Notes under the pieces: generated by a model | The model's input: the letters and a program-made list of their open reading frames with translations, nothing else | The model's database searches: none | Told to the model about the DNA's origin: nothing | Made by a program: the position numbers and the translations under genes | In this document: in pieces, positions 20,009-30,409 of the stretch | Layout: each line of letters begins with the position of its first letter | Numbering within the stretch: the stretch's first letter is position 1 | Source of the DNA: an uncultured Gammaproteobacteria bacterium | Lineage (GTDB): Bacteria > Patescibacteriota > Patescibacteriia > UBA2196 > GWA2-42-15 | Assembly (NCBI GenBank): GCA_964573135.1 | Contig: CAZNIO010000005.1 | Coordinates: 3,362-67,361 of the forward strand | Direction of reading: 5' to 3' | DNA length: 64,000 nt

Positions 20009-20699
20009 AAATTAAAAAAATATTCTTAATATAATCAAAAACGACTACGATAACCCCCACTTTACTTTTCCTTTCGTTAATAATTGTCTCCTGCCATTTA
20101 ACTGGTATCTCCTTAATTTTCATGTTTAATTTCTGAGATAATACTAACATTTCCGTATCAAAAAACCAAGCTTTATTCTCAACATTGGGTAAAATCTCAT
20201 CTATCACCCGCCTATTAACAGCCTTAAACCCACATGGCGCATCCTTGATTCTTAATCCTAAAAAAATTTTCAACAACAAGCGTAAAACATTAGAATAAAA
20301 TCTACGCAATAAGGATCTCTCGACTTTAGCCCCAGACATAAATCTTGATCCCACTACTATATCAAACCCATCATTCACTCCAGCTATTAATTCTGGCAAT
20401 GCTATCAAATCAGTCGATAAATCAATATCCATATAGACATAAATATTACCAGGAAAACCCTTCCATGCTTCCATTACTCCATAACCCTTACCTTTCTTAC
20501 TAAAACGAAAATATTCTATTTCTTCATACTTCTCAGCTAGATAGCAACCAATTTCTGCCGTTTTATCTGTCGATCCATTATCTGACAATATAATCTGCCA
20601 AACATCATCTAAGTTCTTTTTACAAAAAGAAAATACTCTCAGGGTATTCTCTTCCAAAACTAATTCTTCATTTAAAACAGGTAAAACTATTGTAATCAT
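19995..20699 (-). CDS. Dolichyl/polyprenyl-phosphate beta-glucosyltransferase-like GT2
   Basis: LPVLNEE, DNGSTDKT, GKGYGV, YMDIDLSTD, DAPCGFKA, WFFDTE. Confidence 0.88.
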   Translation of the reverse strand: MITIVLPVLNEELVLEENTLRVFSFCKKNLDDVWQIILSDNGSTDKTAEIGCYLAEKYEEIEYFRFSKKGKGYGVMEAWKGFPGNIYVYMDIDLSTDLIALPELIAGVNDGFDIVVGSRFMSGAKVERSLLRRFYSNVLRLLLKIFLGLRIKDAPCGFKAVNRRVIDEILPNVENKAWFFDTEMLVLSQKLNMKIKEIPVKWQETIINERKSKVGVIVVVFDYIKNIFLIYDRK

Positions 20700-20769
20700 A
20701 TAAAATAAATAAAAGGCTTATAAAAAGCCAGTGTATAACTTGTAAATTTTAATATAAAACTCATTGGTC

Positions 20770-21840
20770 CTATTTACCTAATCTCTCCTTAAAATAATCA
20801 ACCCAAGGGATAGGAGAAGGGTCAACACCATTCAATATGGCTAAATAAAAACTAACATATGATCCAATTAAAAGCATCTCAAAAGATTGCTCTAACTGAG
20901 TCATGCCTTCTAGCTCAACGCCTATATACCCAATCTTATTCTTCCTCACTACATCTTTAGTAATCTCAATTCTTTTTCTGTTCTTTTCATAATACAAAGA
21001 AGAATCAAAAAACACAAATTTTAAATTTTTACTATTAGTCCCAGGTTTTTTTAATCCCTCCATTAAATGATGATTCAACTCTGAAACAACATAGTAAAAA
21101 GAAAAATTCTTAGCATTCTCATTAATCTGATTGGTCATTACATGGGCATTGCCTGATAAAAAATCAGCCGTAATTATTACAGGAATTTTATCTTTCAAGT
21201 CCAACGCAATTTGCTTCGCTATATTTGCAGATGCCAATCTCCTTATATCAAATTTTTTCTTAACTTTTTTCAAAAATAATATAACACTTTTAATCTCATT
21301 ATCGCTCACATTAACTACCCCCGCCTGTCGCAGTAAACCCAAAAGTCCAGTTACCGAATAGCTTATCCCCATTCTAGGCTCTCCGCACGGATTATGACGC
21401 TCGTCAATTAAATAACCAGCCACCTCGCCATTCTTTATTAATTCTCCTAATCTACCACCAGTAGAAATTCCAAGAATCTGTGACCCCCTCTTCTTTGCCT
21501 CCTTACGTGAAAACAAAACCTCCTCAGTATTACCAGAATAACTCGATAAAATAAATAAAGTATTTTTATCCACCATCCCAGGAACTTGATAGCTGTGAAT
21601 ATTACCAACTGGCACTTTCAATTTTTTAAAAAAAACAGATTGGATAATATGAGCCCCCAGACCAGAACCGCCCATACCATTAATCACCACCTTATCTATC
21701 TTGTTAAAAGAACCGCCTAACTTCACTTTTTTCGTCTCGCTCCAGGCCTGTTCAATTTGCTTATAAAAAGAATCAATTGACCCAATCATATTTGATTGAT
21801 CCATCCTCTCAATCCTCTTTATATTATCCAATATATTCAT
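20770..21840 (-). CDS. Bifunctional phosphoglucose/phosphomannose isomerase (SIS domain)
   Basis: GMGGSG, SYSGNTEE, NENAK, ELNHH, GVDPSPIP. Start taken at MNILDN (21840). Confidence 0.9.
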   Translation of the reverse strand: MNILDNIKRIERMDQSNMIGSIDSFYKQIEQAWSETKKVKLGGSFNKIDKVVINGMGGSGLGAHIIQSVFFKKLKVPVGNIHSYQVPGMVDKNTLFILSSYSGNTEEVLFSRKEAKKRGSQILGISTGGRLGELIKNGEVAGYLIDERHNPCGEPRMGISYSVTGLLGLLRQAGVVNVSDNEIKSVILFLKKVKKKFDIRRLASANIAKQIALDLKDKIPVIITADFLSGNAHVMTNQINENAKNFSFYYVVSELNHHLMEGLKKPGTNSKNLKFVFFDSSLYYEKNRKRIEITKDVVRKNKIGYIGVELEGMTQLEQSFEMLLIGSYVSFYLAILNGVDPSPIPWVDYFKERLGK

Positions 21841-21912
21841 AAATTTATTGATTATATAACCAACCTCTTGTCTATTTAATTCTATCATTTTTAACCCTTA
21901 CAAGCAAAAAAA

Positions 21913-22509
21913 TTAACCTCTATAATTACTAGCAATAATATATACTTCAAAACTCCTATCGCGACAAGCCTTAGGTTTAAATACACTCACTTTTTTAAAA
22001 GCTTGTTTCACTTTTCTCAAAAAATCGTCCATATCACTCCCCTGAAAAACCTTTATCACCAACGAACCCTTAAGTGCCAAAAGCTCACATGCTAATTCTA
22101 ATACCCTTTCACCAAGCTCAATCGAACGATAGTGATCAACTTCTTTAACCCCACTTGTTTTAGGCGCTAAATCAGATAAAATCACATCAAACCTCTTTGC
22201 ACATTTTTCTCTAATTACAGATTCTATTTTCTCATCAAAAATATTTATTTGTAAAGTAACAATGCTTTTGCCAATCCCCTGTATATCTGTAGTATCAACA
22301 CCCACCAATTTTGAATTATCCCCAACAACCTCGCGTACAAATTGCAACCAGCTCCCAGGAGCTGCCCCTAAATCCAAAACGTTCATGCCCTTTTTTAAAA
22401 TACGAAATTTTTCTTGAATTTCCTGTAACTTAAAAACACTCCGCGCTAAATAGCCCAGTTTCTTGGCTTTTTGAAAATATTTGTCTTGCACACTAAAACC
22501 TTTCGTCAT
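21913..22509 (-). CDS. rlmE: 23S rRNA 2'-O-methyltransferase RlmE/FtsJ
   Basis: GYLARSVFKL, LDLGAAPGSW, SDLAP, KVFQG, KPKACRDRSFEVY. Confidence 0.93.
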   Translation of the reverse strand: MTKGFSVQDKYFQKAKKLGYLARSVFKLQEIQEKFRILKKGMNVLDLGAAPGSWLQFVREVVGDNSKLVGVDTTDIQGIGKSIVTLQINIFDEKIESVIREKCAKRFDVILSDLAPKTSGVKEVDHYRSIELGERVLELACELLALKGSLVIKVFQGSDMDDFLRKVKQAFKKVSVFKPKACRDRSFEVYIIASNYRG

Positions 22510-22605
22510 AATTTAATCTTAGCTAAAAATTTGAAATCAAGCAAAAAATATCAACTTGCAATTTCGTAAAAATAGGAATAAACTACATGTTATACACAAA
22601 AAACT

Positions 22606-23649
22606 ATGGAACTAACCAACAAATTTAAAGATAAAAAAGCATGGGATCAATTTATCTGGCATAATACCAATCCAGCCAGTTTTTTGCAATCCTGGGATTG
22701 GGCTCAATTTAATCAAGAAATATTGGGCAACCAAGTCAAGCGCCTAGCTGTTCTTGAAAACAAAGAACTGGAAATGATTACCATGGCCATTAAAAAAATC
22801 TTACCAGGTAACCAATCTTTTTGGTATTGTCCCCGCGGACCCATTTGGAATAAAAATCACGTAGAGAAAAAAACCTCTAGCTATGGAGCAGTCATTAAAA
22901 GAATAGGTCAAGATTTTAAAAATTCTGTTTTTCTACGTACTTTACCGCCTTATGAAACAAGAGGCCACACCAGTGGTTTTATCCAAAGACTAGGTTTTAA
23001 AACACCAAAAATTTTGACTCACACTAAAGAACCCACCAGTACTATTATACTCGATCTACAAAAAACACAAGATGAATTACTCGCCAAAATGCATCCTAAA
23101 ACTAGATATAATATCCGCCTTGCAGCAAAAAAGGGAGTTACTATCCGAATCTCTAATCCTGACACTATTATCAAAGACACTGCTACTTTCTGCGATCTTA
23201 ATTTAAATACCGCCAAAAGAAACAAAATTCACACTTACCCTCAGGAGTATTACAAAAAACTCATTAACTTTTTTACAAGCAATCAAAAAGAAATTAAATT
23301 AAAACTTTATTTAGCGGAACATGATAATAAGCCCTTGGCCAGTATTATTGTCATCTATTACGGCAAAACCGCCACCTACCTCCACGGTGCTTCCTCTACC
23401 CAAGGCAGACAATTAATGGCGGGCTATCTCATCCAATGGCAGTCCATACAAGACGCCAAGCAAGCCGGCATGACAGTCTACGATTTGTGGGGTATAGATG
23501 AATCAAACACCAAATGGGCAGGCATTACCAAATTTAAAAAAGGATTTGGTGGAAAAACTATAAACTATGTAGGTGCTTGGGACTATATTCTGAACAAAAA
23601 ATGGTATAATATATTCCGAATTTCCCGCATAATTAAAAAAATATTTTAA
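22606..23649 (+). CDS. FemABX family lipid II:aminoacyl transferase
   Basis: FLQSWDW, YCPRGP, KTRYNIRLAAKKGV, YLHGASS, GITKFKKGFGG. Confidence 0.92.
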   Translation: MELTNKFKDKKAWDQFIWHNTNPASFLQSWDWAQFNQEILGNQVKRLAVLENKELEMITMAIKKILPGNQSFWYCPRGPIWNKNHVEKKTSSYGAVIKRIGQDFKNSVFLRTLPPYETRGHTSGFIQRLGFKTPKILTHTKEPTSTIILDLQKTQDELLAKMHPKTRYNIRLAAKKGVTIRISNPDTIIKDTATFCDLNLNTAKRNKIHTYPQEYYKKLINFFTSNQKEIKLKLYLAEHDNKPLASIIVIYYGKTATYLHGASSTQGRQLMAGYLIQWQSIQDAKQAGMTVYDLWGIDESNTKWAGITKFKKGFGGKTINYVGAWDYILNKKWYNIFRISRIIKKIF

Positions 23650-23658
23650 CCAATAAAC

Positions 23659-23683
23659 AAAACAAGAAAAATCTTGTTTTTTT
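23659..23683 (+). terminator. Putative intrinsic terminator
   Basis: AAAACAAGA-AAAA-TCTTGTTTT plus T tract. Confidence 0.55.
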
Positions 23684-23704
23684 GCTAACTATAAATTAAA
23701 CCCT

Positions 23705-24442
23705 ATGACCAATAAAATAGTAGTACTAGCGGCTGGCAAAGGCACCCGTATGCTAGAATTATCCAAAGATAAACCAAAGCATCTAATCCATGTCAAAACC
23801 AAACCATTTATATATTATCTTTTAAAAAATATTAAACGTGCTGGTTTTAAAGAAATAATTCTAGTCATTGGCTATCAGAAAGAAAAAATGCAAGAATTTG
23901 CAGAAAAGTATAAACATAAATTTAATCTGACACTTGTAGACCAATTTGAAATTATAGGGACAAAACGATATGGCACAGCTTGCCCGGTAGAATGTGTAGA
24001 AAAAAATGTGCACAACGAAAACTTCATCGTTGTCAATGGCGATGACCTGTACTCAGCTGAAGACCTTAAAATAATGAGAGCTCTTAAAAATAAATATTGT
24101 TATGTAGCAGGATACCACCACCAAGAGCCTCAGCACTACGGATTACACAAAGTTGATCAACATGGATTTCTACAAAACATTACCGAAAAACCGAAACCAG
24201 GCATAGATTTTGATGACCAGCGACCCCTCGACTATTCAATTAATATTGGCATGTATAAATTCACGCCTGAAATCTTTGAAAGTATCAAAAAAATTAACGA
24301 GTCACCCAGAGGTGAATATGAAATCACTGACGCAATAACACTATTAGCTAAGAAAAAAAAGGTAAAAGTTGTACCAATCAAAGATGGTTGGAAAAGTTTT
24401 ACCAATCCAGATGATATTGATAAAATGGAAAAAGAAATTTAA
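23705..24442 (+). CDS. Sugar-phosphate nucleotidyltransferase
   Basis: LAAGKGTRM, KPKHL, GTA, NGDD, EKP, SPRGEYEITDA. Confidence 0.9.
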   Translation: MTNKIVVLAAGKGTRMLELSKDKPKHLIHVKTKPFIYYLLKNIKRAGFKEIILVIGYQKEKMQEFAEKYKHKFNLTLVDQFEIIGTKRYGTACPVECVEKNVHNENFIVVNGDDLYSAEDLKIMRALKNKYCYVAGYHHQEPQHYGLHKVDQHGFLQNITEKPKPGIDFDDQRPLDYSINIGMYKFTPEIFESIKKINESPRGEYEITDAITLLAKKKKVKVVPIKDGWKSFTNPDDIDKMEKEI

Positions 24443-24461
24443 TATATACATAACATATTAC

Positions 24462-24492
24462 TTAAAAGGCGAGATTTAATCTCGCCTTTTAA
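24462..24492. terminator. Bidirectional terminator-like palindrome
   Basis: TTAAAAGGCGAGATT-T-AATCTCGCCTTTTAA with perfect 15-bp arms. Confidence 0.75.
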
Positions 24493-24543
24493 ATACCTCT
24501 ATAAAATTTACAAATCCCCCCATTTAATATAAACTAAACCTAT

Positions 24544-25752
24544 ATGAAAACCCTCATCAAAAAACTAACTCCCAATTTTATTCTCTCATATTACCATCTA
24601 ATATTAGCTATTTTAGCCAAATTATTTTACAACAACCCATCAAAAAGAATGACAGTTATTGGGGTAACGGGAACCGCTGGTAAATCATCAACCTGCTATT
24701 TTATTGCCCAAGTTCTAGAGGCCTCTGGTTTTAATGTTGGCATGACAACAACCACTCTTTTTAAAATCAAAAACAAAGAGTGGCTAAACGATCAAAAAAT
24801 GACCATGCTTGGTAGATTCCAAACTCAGAAACTTCTAAAAAAAATGGTAAAACAAAATTGCAACATTGCTATCATCGAAACATCCTCTGAAGGCATTAAG
24901 CAATCTCGTCATGTTGGTATTAATTATGATATATTAGTTTTTACCAATATCTATCCTGAACACATCGAAAGTCATGGTAGTTTTGAAAAATATAAGCAAG
25001 CCAAAGGAAGGCTCTTCAAGCACTTAGAAAACTCTTATCACAAAAAAAATATTGAAAAGACAATCATAGTTAATAAAGATGATGAGAATGCAAACTATTT
25101 CTTAAATTTCAAGGCTGATAAAAAAATCACCTACACAAAATCAGATGCTCAAGGGTATAAAATAAATTTACTTGGAAAATATAACATATACAATGCTTTA
25201 GCAGCTGCAAATGTAGCCAGTGTCCTCAAGGTTGATCACCTAAAAATTAAACAAGCCATTACCAACCTCAAGCCATTACCCGGTAGACTCGAATTTATTA
25301 AAAATAATAAAGGGTTTAAAATAATGGTTGACTACAGTTTTGAGCCACAAGCTCTAGAAAAACTCTATCAAACACTAAGCGACGTTAAATACAACAAACT
25401 CATCCACGTCTTGGGCTCTTGTGGTGGTGGGCGCGACAAAGCCAGGCGACCAATACTTGGCAAAATGGCAGAAAAAAAAGCCAATACTATCATCGTCACC
25501 AACGAAGATCCATACGACGAAAATCCACAAACAATCATCGACCAAGTCATTTCTGGCATAAAAGACAAAAGTAAAACATTAAAAATACTAGATCGCCGAC
25601 AAGCCATCCACAAAGCCTTATCAATTGCAAAAGAAAACGATCTCGTCCTAATAACTGGCAAAGGAGCTGAACAAGCAATTTGCACAGCCCATAATAAAAA
25701 AATGCCGTGGGATGACCGACAAATAGTTAAAGAAGAACTAACTAAAATATAA
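24544..25752 (+). CDS. murE: UDP-N-acetylmuramyl-tripeptide synthetase (MurE, short form)
   Basis: GVTGTAGKSS, ETSSEG, FTNIYPEHIESHG, PGRLE, GGGRDKARRP, GKGAE. Confidence 0.88.
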   Translation: MKTLIKKLTPNFILSYYHLILAILAKLFYNNPSKRMTVIGVTGTAGKSSTCYFIAQVLEASGFNVGMTTTTLFKIKNKEWLNDQKMTMLGRFQTQKLLKKMVKQNCNIAIIETSSEGIKQSRHVGINYDILVFTNIYPEHIESHGSFEKYKQAKGRLFKHLENSYHKKNIEKTIIVNKDDENANYFLNFKADKKITYTKSDAQGYKINLLGKYNIYNALAAANVASVLKVDHLKIKQAITNLKPLPGRLEFIKNNKGFKIMVDYSFEPQALEKLYQTLSDVKYNKLIHVLGSCGGGRDKARRPILGKMAEKKANTIIVTNEDPYDENPQTIIDQVISGIKDKSKTLKILDRRQAIHKALSIAKENDLVLITGKGAEQAICTAHNKKMPWDDRQIVKEELTKI

Positions 25753-25773
25753 ATAATACTTGACTAAAAATCT

Positions 25774-26763
25774 ATGTCTAAAAAATTCGATATAATTAGC
25801 ATTGGATCTGCTGTACGTGACATTTTTATCCAAAACAAAGACCTAAGTTGCCAAGGAAAAATATGTCATCCTTTTGATCCAAGCAATCTTGGCAATAAAA
25901 TCACTGTTAAAGAAATGTATTTTGACATTGGGGGTGGCGGATCAAATTCTGCCGCAACTTTCTCAAATATGGGTTTACAAACCGCACTCATAAGCCAAAT
26001 TGCCAATGATCTGCCTGGTAAAGAAATACTTAAAACAATGAAAAAATTTAAGGTAGATACTAGTTTAGTAAATATAAAAAAGAGAGAAGAAACTGGTTAC
26101 TCTGTAATATTTTTAAGCAATACTGGTGATCGCACCGCCCTTATCTTCCGTGGCGCAAGTGACTTTAAAAATTTTAAACTCAAAAAAACCAACATCCACT
26201 CCACCTGGCTTTTTGTAACATCCCTTAACGGCAACTTGCCTCTTCTTAAAAAACTGCTCCAAATTGCCAAAAAAAATAATATAAAAATTGCCTGGAATCC
26301 AGGCAACAAAGAACTACTTTCAAGTAAATCTCAGCTAAAGCCCATATTACAAAAGACTGACGTTCTTCTACTTAACATCAAGGAAGCTCAGGCATTGACC
26401 AACTCTAAAAGCAAAAACATTAAACCTATCGTCTCAAAGCTCTCAAAAATTGCACCAAATGCAATAATCTCTGTAACCGCCGGTAACCGAGGTGCTTTTG
26501 TCAAAGATAAATCCCAGCTCTTGTCTGCCAAAATTCTCGATAAAAAAGTAGTCAACGCCACTGGCGCTGGCGACGCCTTTGGCTCAGGTTTTGTTTCTGG
26601 CCTCCATCTATACAACTACGACATCAAAAAAGCACTCCAGCTAGCCATGCTAAATTCAAATAGTGTAGTCACTAAAATGGGTGCCAAGCACGGTTTACTC
26701 AATAAGCCACCCACTAAAAAAATGTTAGATAAAATCAAAATAAAAGTCACTCTAGCTACTTGA
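25774..26763 (+). CDS. PfkB family carbohydrate kinase
   Basis: GGGGSNSA, WNPG, NATGAGDAFGSG. Confidence 0.92.
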   Translation: MSKKFDIISIGSAVRDIFIQNKDLSCQGKICHPFDPSNLGNKITVKEMYFDIGGGGSNSAATFSNMGLQTALISQIANDLPGKEILKTMKKFKVDTSLVNIKKREETGYSVIFLSNTGDRTALIFRGASDFKNFKLKKTNIHSTWLFVTSLNGNLPLLKKLLQIAKKNNIKIAWNPGNKELLSSKSQLKPILQKTDVLLLNIKEAQALTNSKSKNIKPIVSKLSKIAPNAIISVTAGNRGAFVKDKSQLLSAKILDKKVVNATGAGDAFGSGFVSGLHLYNYDIKKALQLAMLNSNSVVTKMGAKHGLLNKPPTKKMLDKIKIKVTLAT

Positions 26764-26810
26764 TTTAATCCCCAATCCCTGATACAATAACCTAAATTCA
26801 AAAACAATTC

Positions 26811-29282
26811 ATGACCACTCAAATTAATATCCTAAATAAACTTACTAAAAGCTACAAAAAAACCATAGTACATGCCTATGGGTTATCTTTAGCTAAAAAG
26901 AAAAAAAGTATAGAACCCATTGATCTATTGCAATCACTCGTCAATAATAAGGGGTCACTTGCAAGTGAAGTCCTGACCAAAGTAGGAATTAAACTCTCTG
27001 CTACAAAACAAGCCACAAGAACACGTCAAACAATAGAATTAGAAAAAATATTCTCTCCTGCTAACCAGCAAGCAATCCACGCGATTAAAAACATTATTAT
27101 TAAATCAGTAGAAGTCGCCGCCAAACATAATCATCAATATATTGGCACAGAACATCTTCTCCATAGTCTAGTGACCGCCAAAGACGAAAAAGTATTAAAA
27201 ACACTAACTAAATTTAAAACAAACCCAAAAGTGATCCTAAATCATCTCAAATCTATTCTTGGCTCAACTTCCAATTTTCCAAATATGACCCAAACCATTA
27301 ATGCCATTAAACAAAAAGTGGATAAACACCAAAAAGGACTGCACCAGAAAGAAGAAAGTTTACTTGATTTTTTTGGCCAATGCCTAACTGACCAAGCCGT
27401 TCAAAAGAAAATAGATCCAGTTATTGGGCGGGAGCAAGAGCTAAATCGCATTATTCAAATTCTCTCACGCAAAAACAAAAATAATCCAATTCTTCTCGGC
27501 GAACCAGGCGTAGGCAAAACTGCTATTATAGAGGGTTTGGCTAAAAAAATAATGCAAGGCAATGTACCCGACATATTACTCACTAAAAATATATATAGTC
27601 TTGATATTCCCCTACTCGTAGCTGGCACCAGCTATCGAGGAGAGTTTGAAGCCAGAATTAAACAAATAGTTGATGAGGTTAAAAAAAATCCTGATATAAT
27701 CCTATTTATTGATGAAATCCATAATATTATGGGTGCTGGCTCAGCTTCTGGTACAATGGATGCTGCCAATATTTTAAAACCAGCTCTAGCCAGAGGAGAA
27801 ATAAGATGCATTGGCGCTACAACATACAATGATTACAAAAAACACATTGAACCAGACACTGCTCTCTGCCGACGCTTTCAATCAGTTAAAGTTGATGAAC
27901 CAACTACGCAAGAAACAATCGATATTATTCACGGCATCAAAGAGTCATTTATCAAGCACCACGGCCTAGATATTACCGACGAAGCCATACTCCAAGCCGT
28001 CTATTTAAGTGACCGCTATATCACCGACCAATTCCAACCCGATAAATCAATTGACCTCATTGATGAAGCCCTAGCAAAAAAGAAACTATCACAGCCAGGT
28101 AACAAAAATTATCAACAGTTAATTAATTTAGAAAAAGAACTAGAAGATATTTTTGAACAAAAAAAAGATTTAATCCTCAAAGAAAAATACAAGGAAGCAC
28201 TTGAAATCAAAACCAAAGAGTTTGAGTTAATTAATCAAATATATAAATTAGAGGAAAAAAAGTTGCAAAACAACTTAATTTCAAAAAGTTTAGACAACCA
28301 TATCACTAAAAAAGACATTACCGCCATAGTGGCTGCATCAACTAAAATTGATATTCCAGACTCAAGCCAACCCAAAAAGAATTTAAAAAATCTGACAAAA
28401 AAACTCAAAACAAAAATCGTTGGCCAAGATAAAATATTAGAAGACCTAGTGATCGCCCTGCAAAGATCAGCCATAGGCTTATCTGGCCAAAAACGACCCC
28501 TGGGCTCATTTATCTTCACAGGACCATCTGGTGTGGGTAAAACATATATTGCAGAAACCCTAGCCCAAACAATCTTCCCCAGCAAACAAAACCTCATACG
28601 ATTAGATATGTCAGAATTTAATGAAAAATTCAATGCCAGTAAAATGCTAGGAGCTCCTGCCGGCTATGTTGGTTACACCGAAGGTGGTACTCTAACAGAA
28701 AAAGTTAAACGCAACCCACATTCAGTTGTTCTTTTTGATGAAATAGAAAAAGCTCACCCAGATATATTCAATATTCTACTTCAAATATTAGAAGATGGGC
28801 ATTTAACTGATGCCAAAGGAAAAACCATTAACTTTAAAAATACCATTATTATCATCACCACCAACATAGGCCTAAAAAAATCCAATGAAAATGACTCAAT
28901 TGGCTTTGATAATTCAAACCAAATCCAAAATAATAATTTTCTAGAAAGTCTACATGACTTATTACGCCCTGAATTAATAAATAGAATCGACCAACTACTC
29001 GTCTTCCAACCCCTATCCGCAAAAAGTATTAAAAAAATAATTGAACTTGAGCTACAAAATATTAACCACCAACTCAAGCACCAAAATCTTGTCATCAACT
29101 GGGATAAAAAGGTAATTGATCACTTAGTAAAAGATTATACACCTAAAGAAGGTGCACGCTATGTAAGAAAAATTCTACGCCATAAAATTGAAAATCCACT
29201 AACAACACAATTGATTGAAGGCAATCTCAAAAACAACACAGCTAGTATTAAAGTTCAAAATAATACAATAATCATTAATTAA
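26811..29282 (+). CDS. clpC: ATP-dependent Clp protease ATP-binding subunit
   Basis: Clp N repeats (YIGTEHLL), GEPGVGKT, FIDEIH, UVR-like coil, GPSGVGKT, DMSEF, FDEIEKAHPD. Confidence 0.92.
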   Translation: MTTQINILNKLTKSYKKTIVHAYGLSLAKKKKSIEPIDLLQSLVNNKGSLASEVLTKVGIKLSATKQATRTRQTIELEKIFSPANQQAIHAIKNIIIKSVEVAAKHNHQYIGTEHLLHSLVTAKDEKVLKTLTKFKTNPKVILNHLKSILGSTSNFPNMTQTINAIKQKVDKHQKGLHQKEESLLDFFGQCLTDQAVQKKIDPVIGREQELNRIIQILSRKNKNNPILLGEPGVGKTAIIEGLAKKIMQGNVPDILLTKNIYSLDIPLLVAGTSYRGEFEARIKQIVDEVKKNPDIILFIDEIHNIMGAGSASGTMDAANILKPALARGEIRCIGATTYNDYKKHIEPDTALCRRFQSVKVDEPTTQETIDIIHGIKESFIKHHGLDITDEAILQAVYLSDRYITDQFQPDKSIDLIDEALAKKKLSQPGNKNYQQLINLEKELEDIFEQKKDLILKEKYKEALEIKTKEFELINQIYKLEEKKLQNNLISKSLDNHITKKDITAIVAASTKIDIPDSSQPKKNLKNLTKKLKTKIVGQDKILEDLVIALQRSAIGLSGQKRPLGSFIFTGPSGVGKTYIAETLAQTIFPSKQNLIRLDMSEFNEKFNASKMLGAPAGYVGYTEGGTLTEKVKRNPHSVVLFDEIEKAHPDIFNILLQILEDGHLTDAKGKTINFKNTIIIITTNIGLKKSNENDSIGFDNSNQIQNNNFLESLHDLLRPELINRIDQLLVFQPLSAKSIKKIIELELQNINHQLKHQNLVINWDKKVIDHLVKDYTPKEGARYVRKILRHKIENPLTTQLIEGNLKNNTASIKVQNNTIIIN

Positions 29283-29291
29283 AGTTCAAGG

Positions 29292-29332
29292 CAACTAAAA
29301 ACACCCTTAAAATCTAAGGGTGTTTTTAGTTG
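29292..29332. terminator. Bidirectional terminator between clpC and the tRNA-Ser pair
   Basis: CAACTAAAAACACCCTTA-AAATC-TAAGGGTGTTTTTAGTTG with 18-bp arms. Confidence 0.85.
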
Positions 29333-29420
29333 GCGGTGAGGGTGGGATTCGAACCCACGGGACCCGTGAAGGCCCAATAGTTTTCAAGACTATCTCATTC
29401 GACCACTCTGACACCTCACC
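29331..29420 (-). tRNA. tRNA-Ser(TGA)
   Basis: Reverse complement GGTGAGGTGTCAGAGTGG...ATAGT-CT-TGA-AA-ACTAT, long variable arm, GGTTCGAATCC, GCCA. Confidence 0.95.
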
Positions 29421-29424
29421 TTAT

Positions 29425-29514
<90 letters not shown>

Positions 29515-29562
29515 AAAATAATCTTTTGAAGATGGCGAAACGATCCGTCATCTTCAAAATTT

Positions 29563-29591
29563 ATCGTAACATTTTTAATTTAAAAAATCAA
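29563..29591 (-). promoter_or_regulatory. Promoter of the tRNA-Ser pair
   Basis: TTGATT-N17-TACGAT with extended TG. Confidence 0.6.
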
Positions 29592-30319
29592 CCTCTGGCC
29601 AGAACCATCGCCCATACTCGATGTGCTCCTTTTTTCTTCAAAACTCGTGCACATTCCCCCAAGGTAGCACTCGTAGTTAAAATATCATCAATTAACAACA
29701 CATCACCACTGACGAATTCATCAACATCAAAAATATTTTGAATGCTCTTAACGCGTTTTTTCTTCTTAAGCCCAACCTGGGGTTTAGTATATTTTCTCCG
29801 TACAATCAAATCGGTTCTCACCTGCCAATCAAAAAAATTAGAAACACTACTTGCTAATAATTCTGCCTGATTAAAACCACGCCAGCGCAATCTCTTTTTA
29901 TGCAAAGGAACAGGTGCTACAACAAACCCCCCTGCAAGTAAAAACATATTCCCCTGTTGCTTGGATAATATTATCTTGTTAATAAAAACACGGGATAAAC
30001 CCACATGTAAATCTTGAATAAAATTATACTTAAACTTGCGTATCACATTCTGCAATAGTTTATCACCAGATTCACAGGCAATGATCACTCCATCCAGACT
30101 CGTTTCACTCCGACACTCATCATGCGTTTTGCCAAAATGTACTTTTTGCTTACACACAACACATCTATCTTCAACCCTATATTCAAATCCGTCTAAACAC
30201 TTACTACACAACCAATCATTCTCCTTGCCACACCCCAGACACTCCACAGGGAAAAGAATATTAAGTATAAAAAACTTAATATCTTTAAGAAAGTTAACAA
30301 AAACATTCTTTTCTGCCAT
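29588..30319 (-). CDS. comF: ComF family competence protein (Zn-finger + PRTase)
   Basis: CLGC...CSKC, VPLHKKRLRWRGFNQAE, LIDDILTTSATL. Confidence 0.92.
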   Translation of the reverse strand: MAEKNVFVNFLKDIKFFILNILFPVECLGCGKENDWLCSKCLDGFEYRVEDRCVVCKQKVHFGKTHDECRSETSLDGVIIACESGDKLLQNVIRKFKYNFIQDLHVGLSRVFINKIILSKQQGNMFLLAGGFVVAPVPLHKKRLRWRGFNQAELLASSVSNFFDWQVRTDLIVRRKYTKPQVGLKKKKRVKSIQNIFDVDEFVSGDVLLIDDILTTSATLGECARVLKKKGAHRVWAMVLARG

Positions 30320-30409
30320 ACTATCAATATATCAAAAAATACCATAAAATTCTATTGGTTTTTTTATCAATTAATGGTAGAATATAAGTAGAATTTTAAA
30401 TATAAATAT

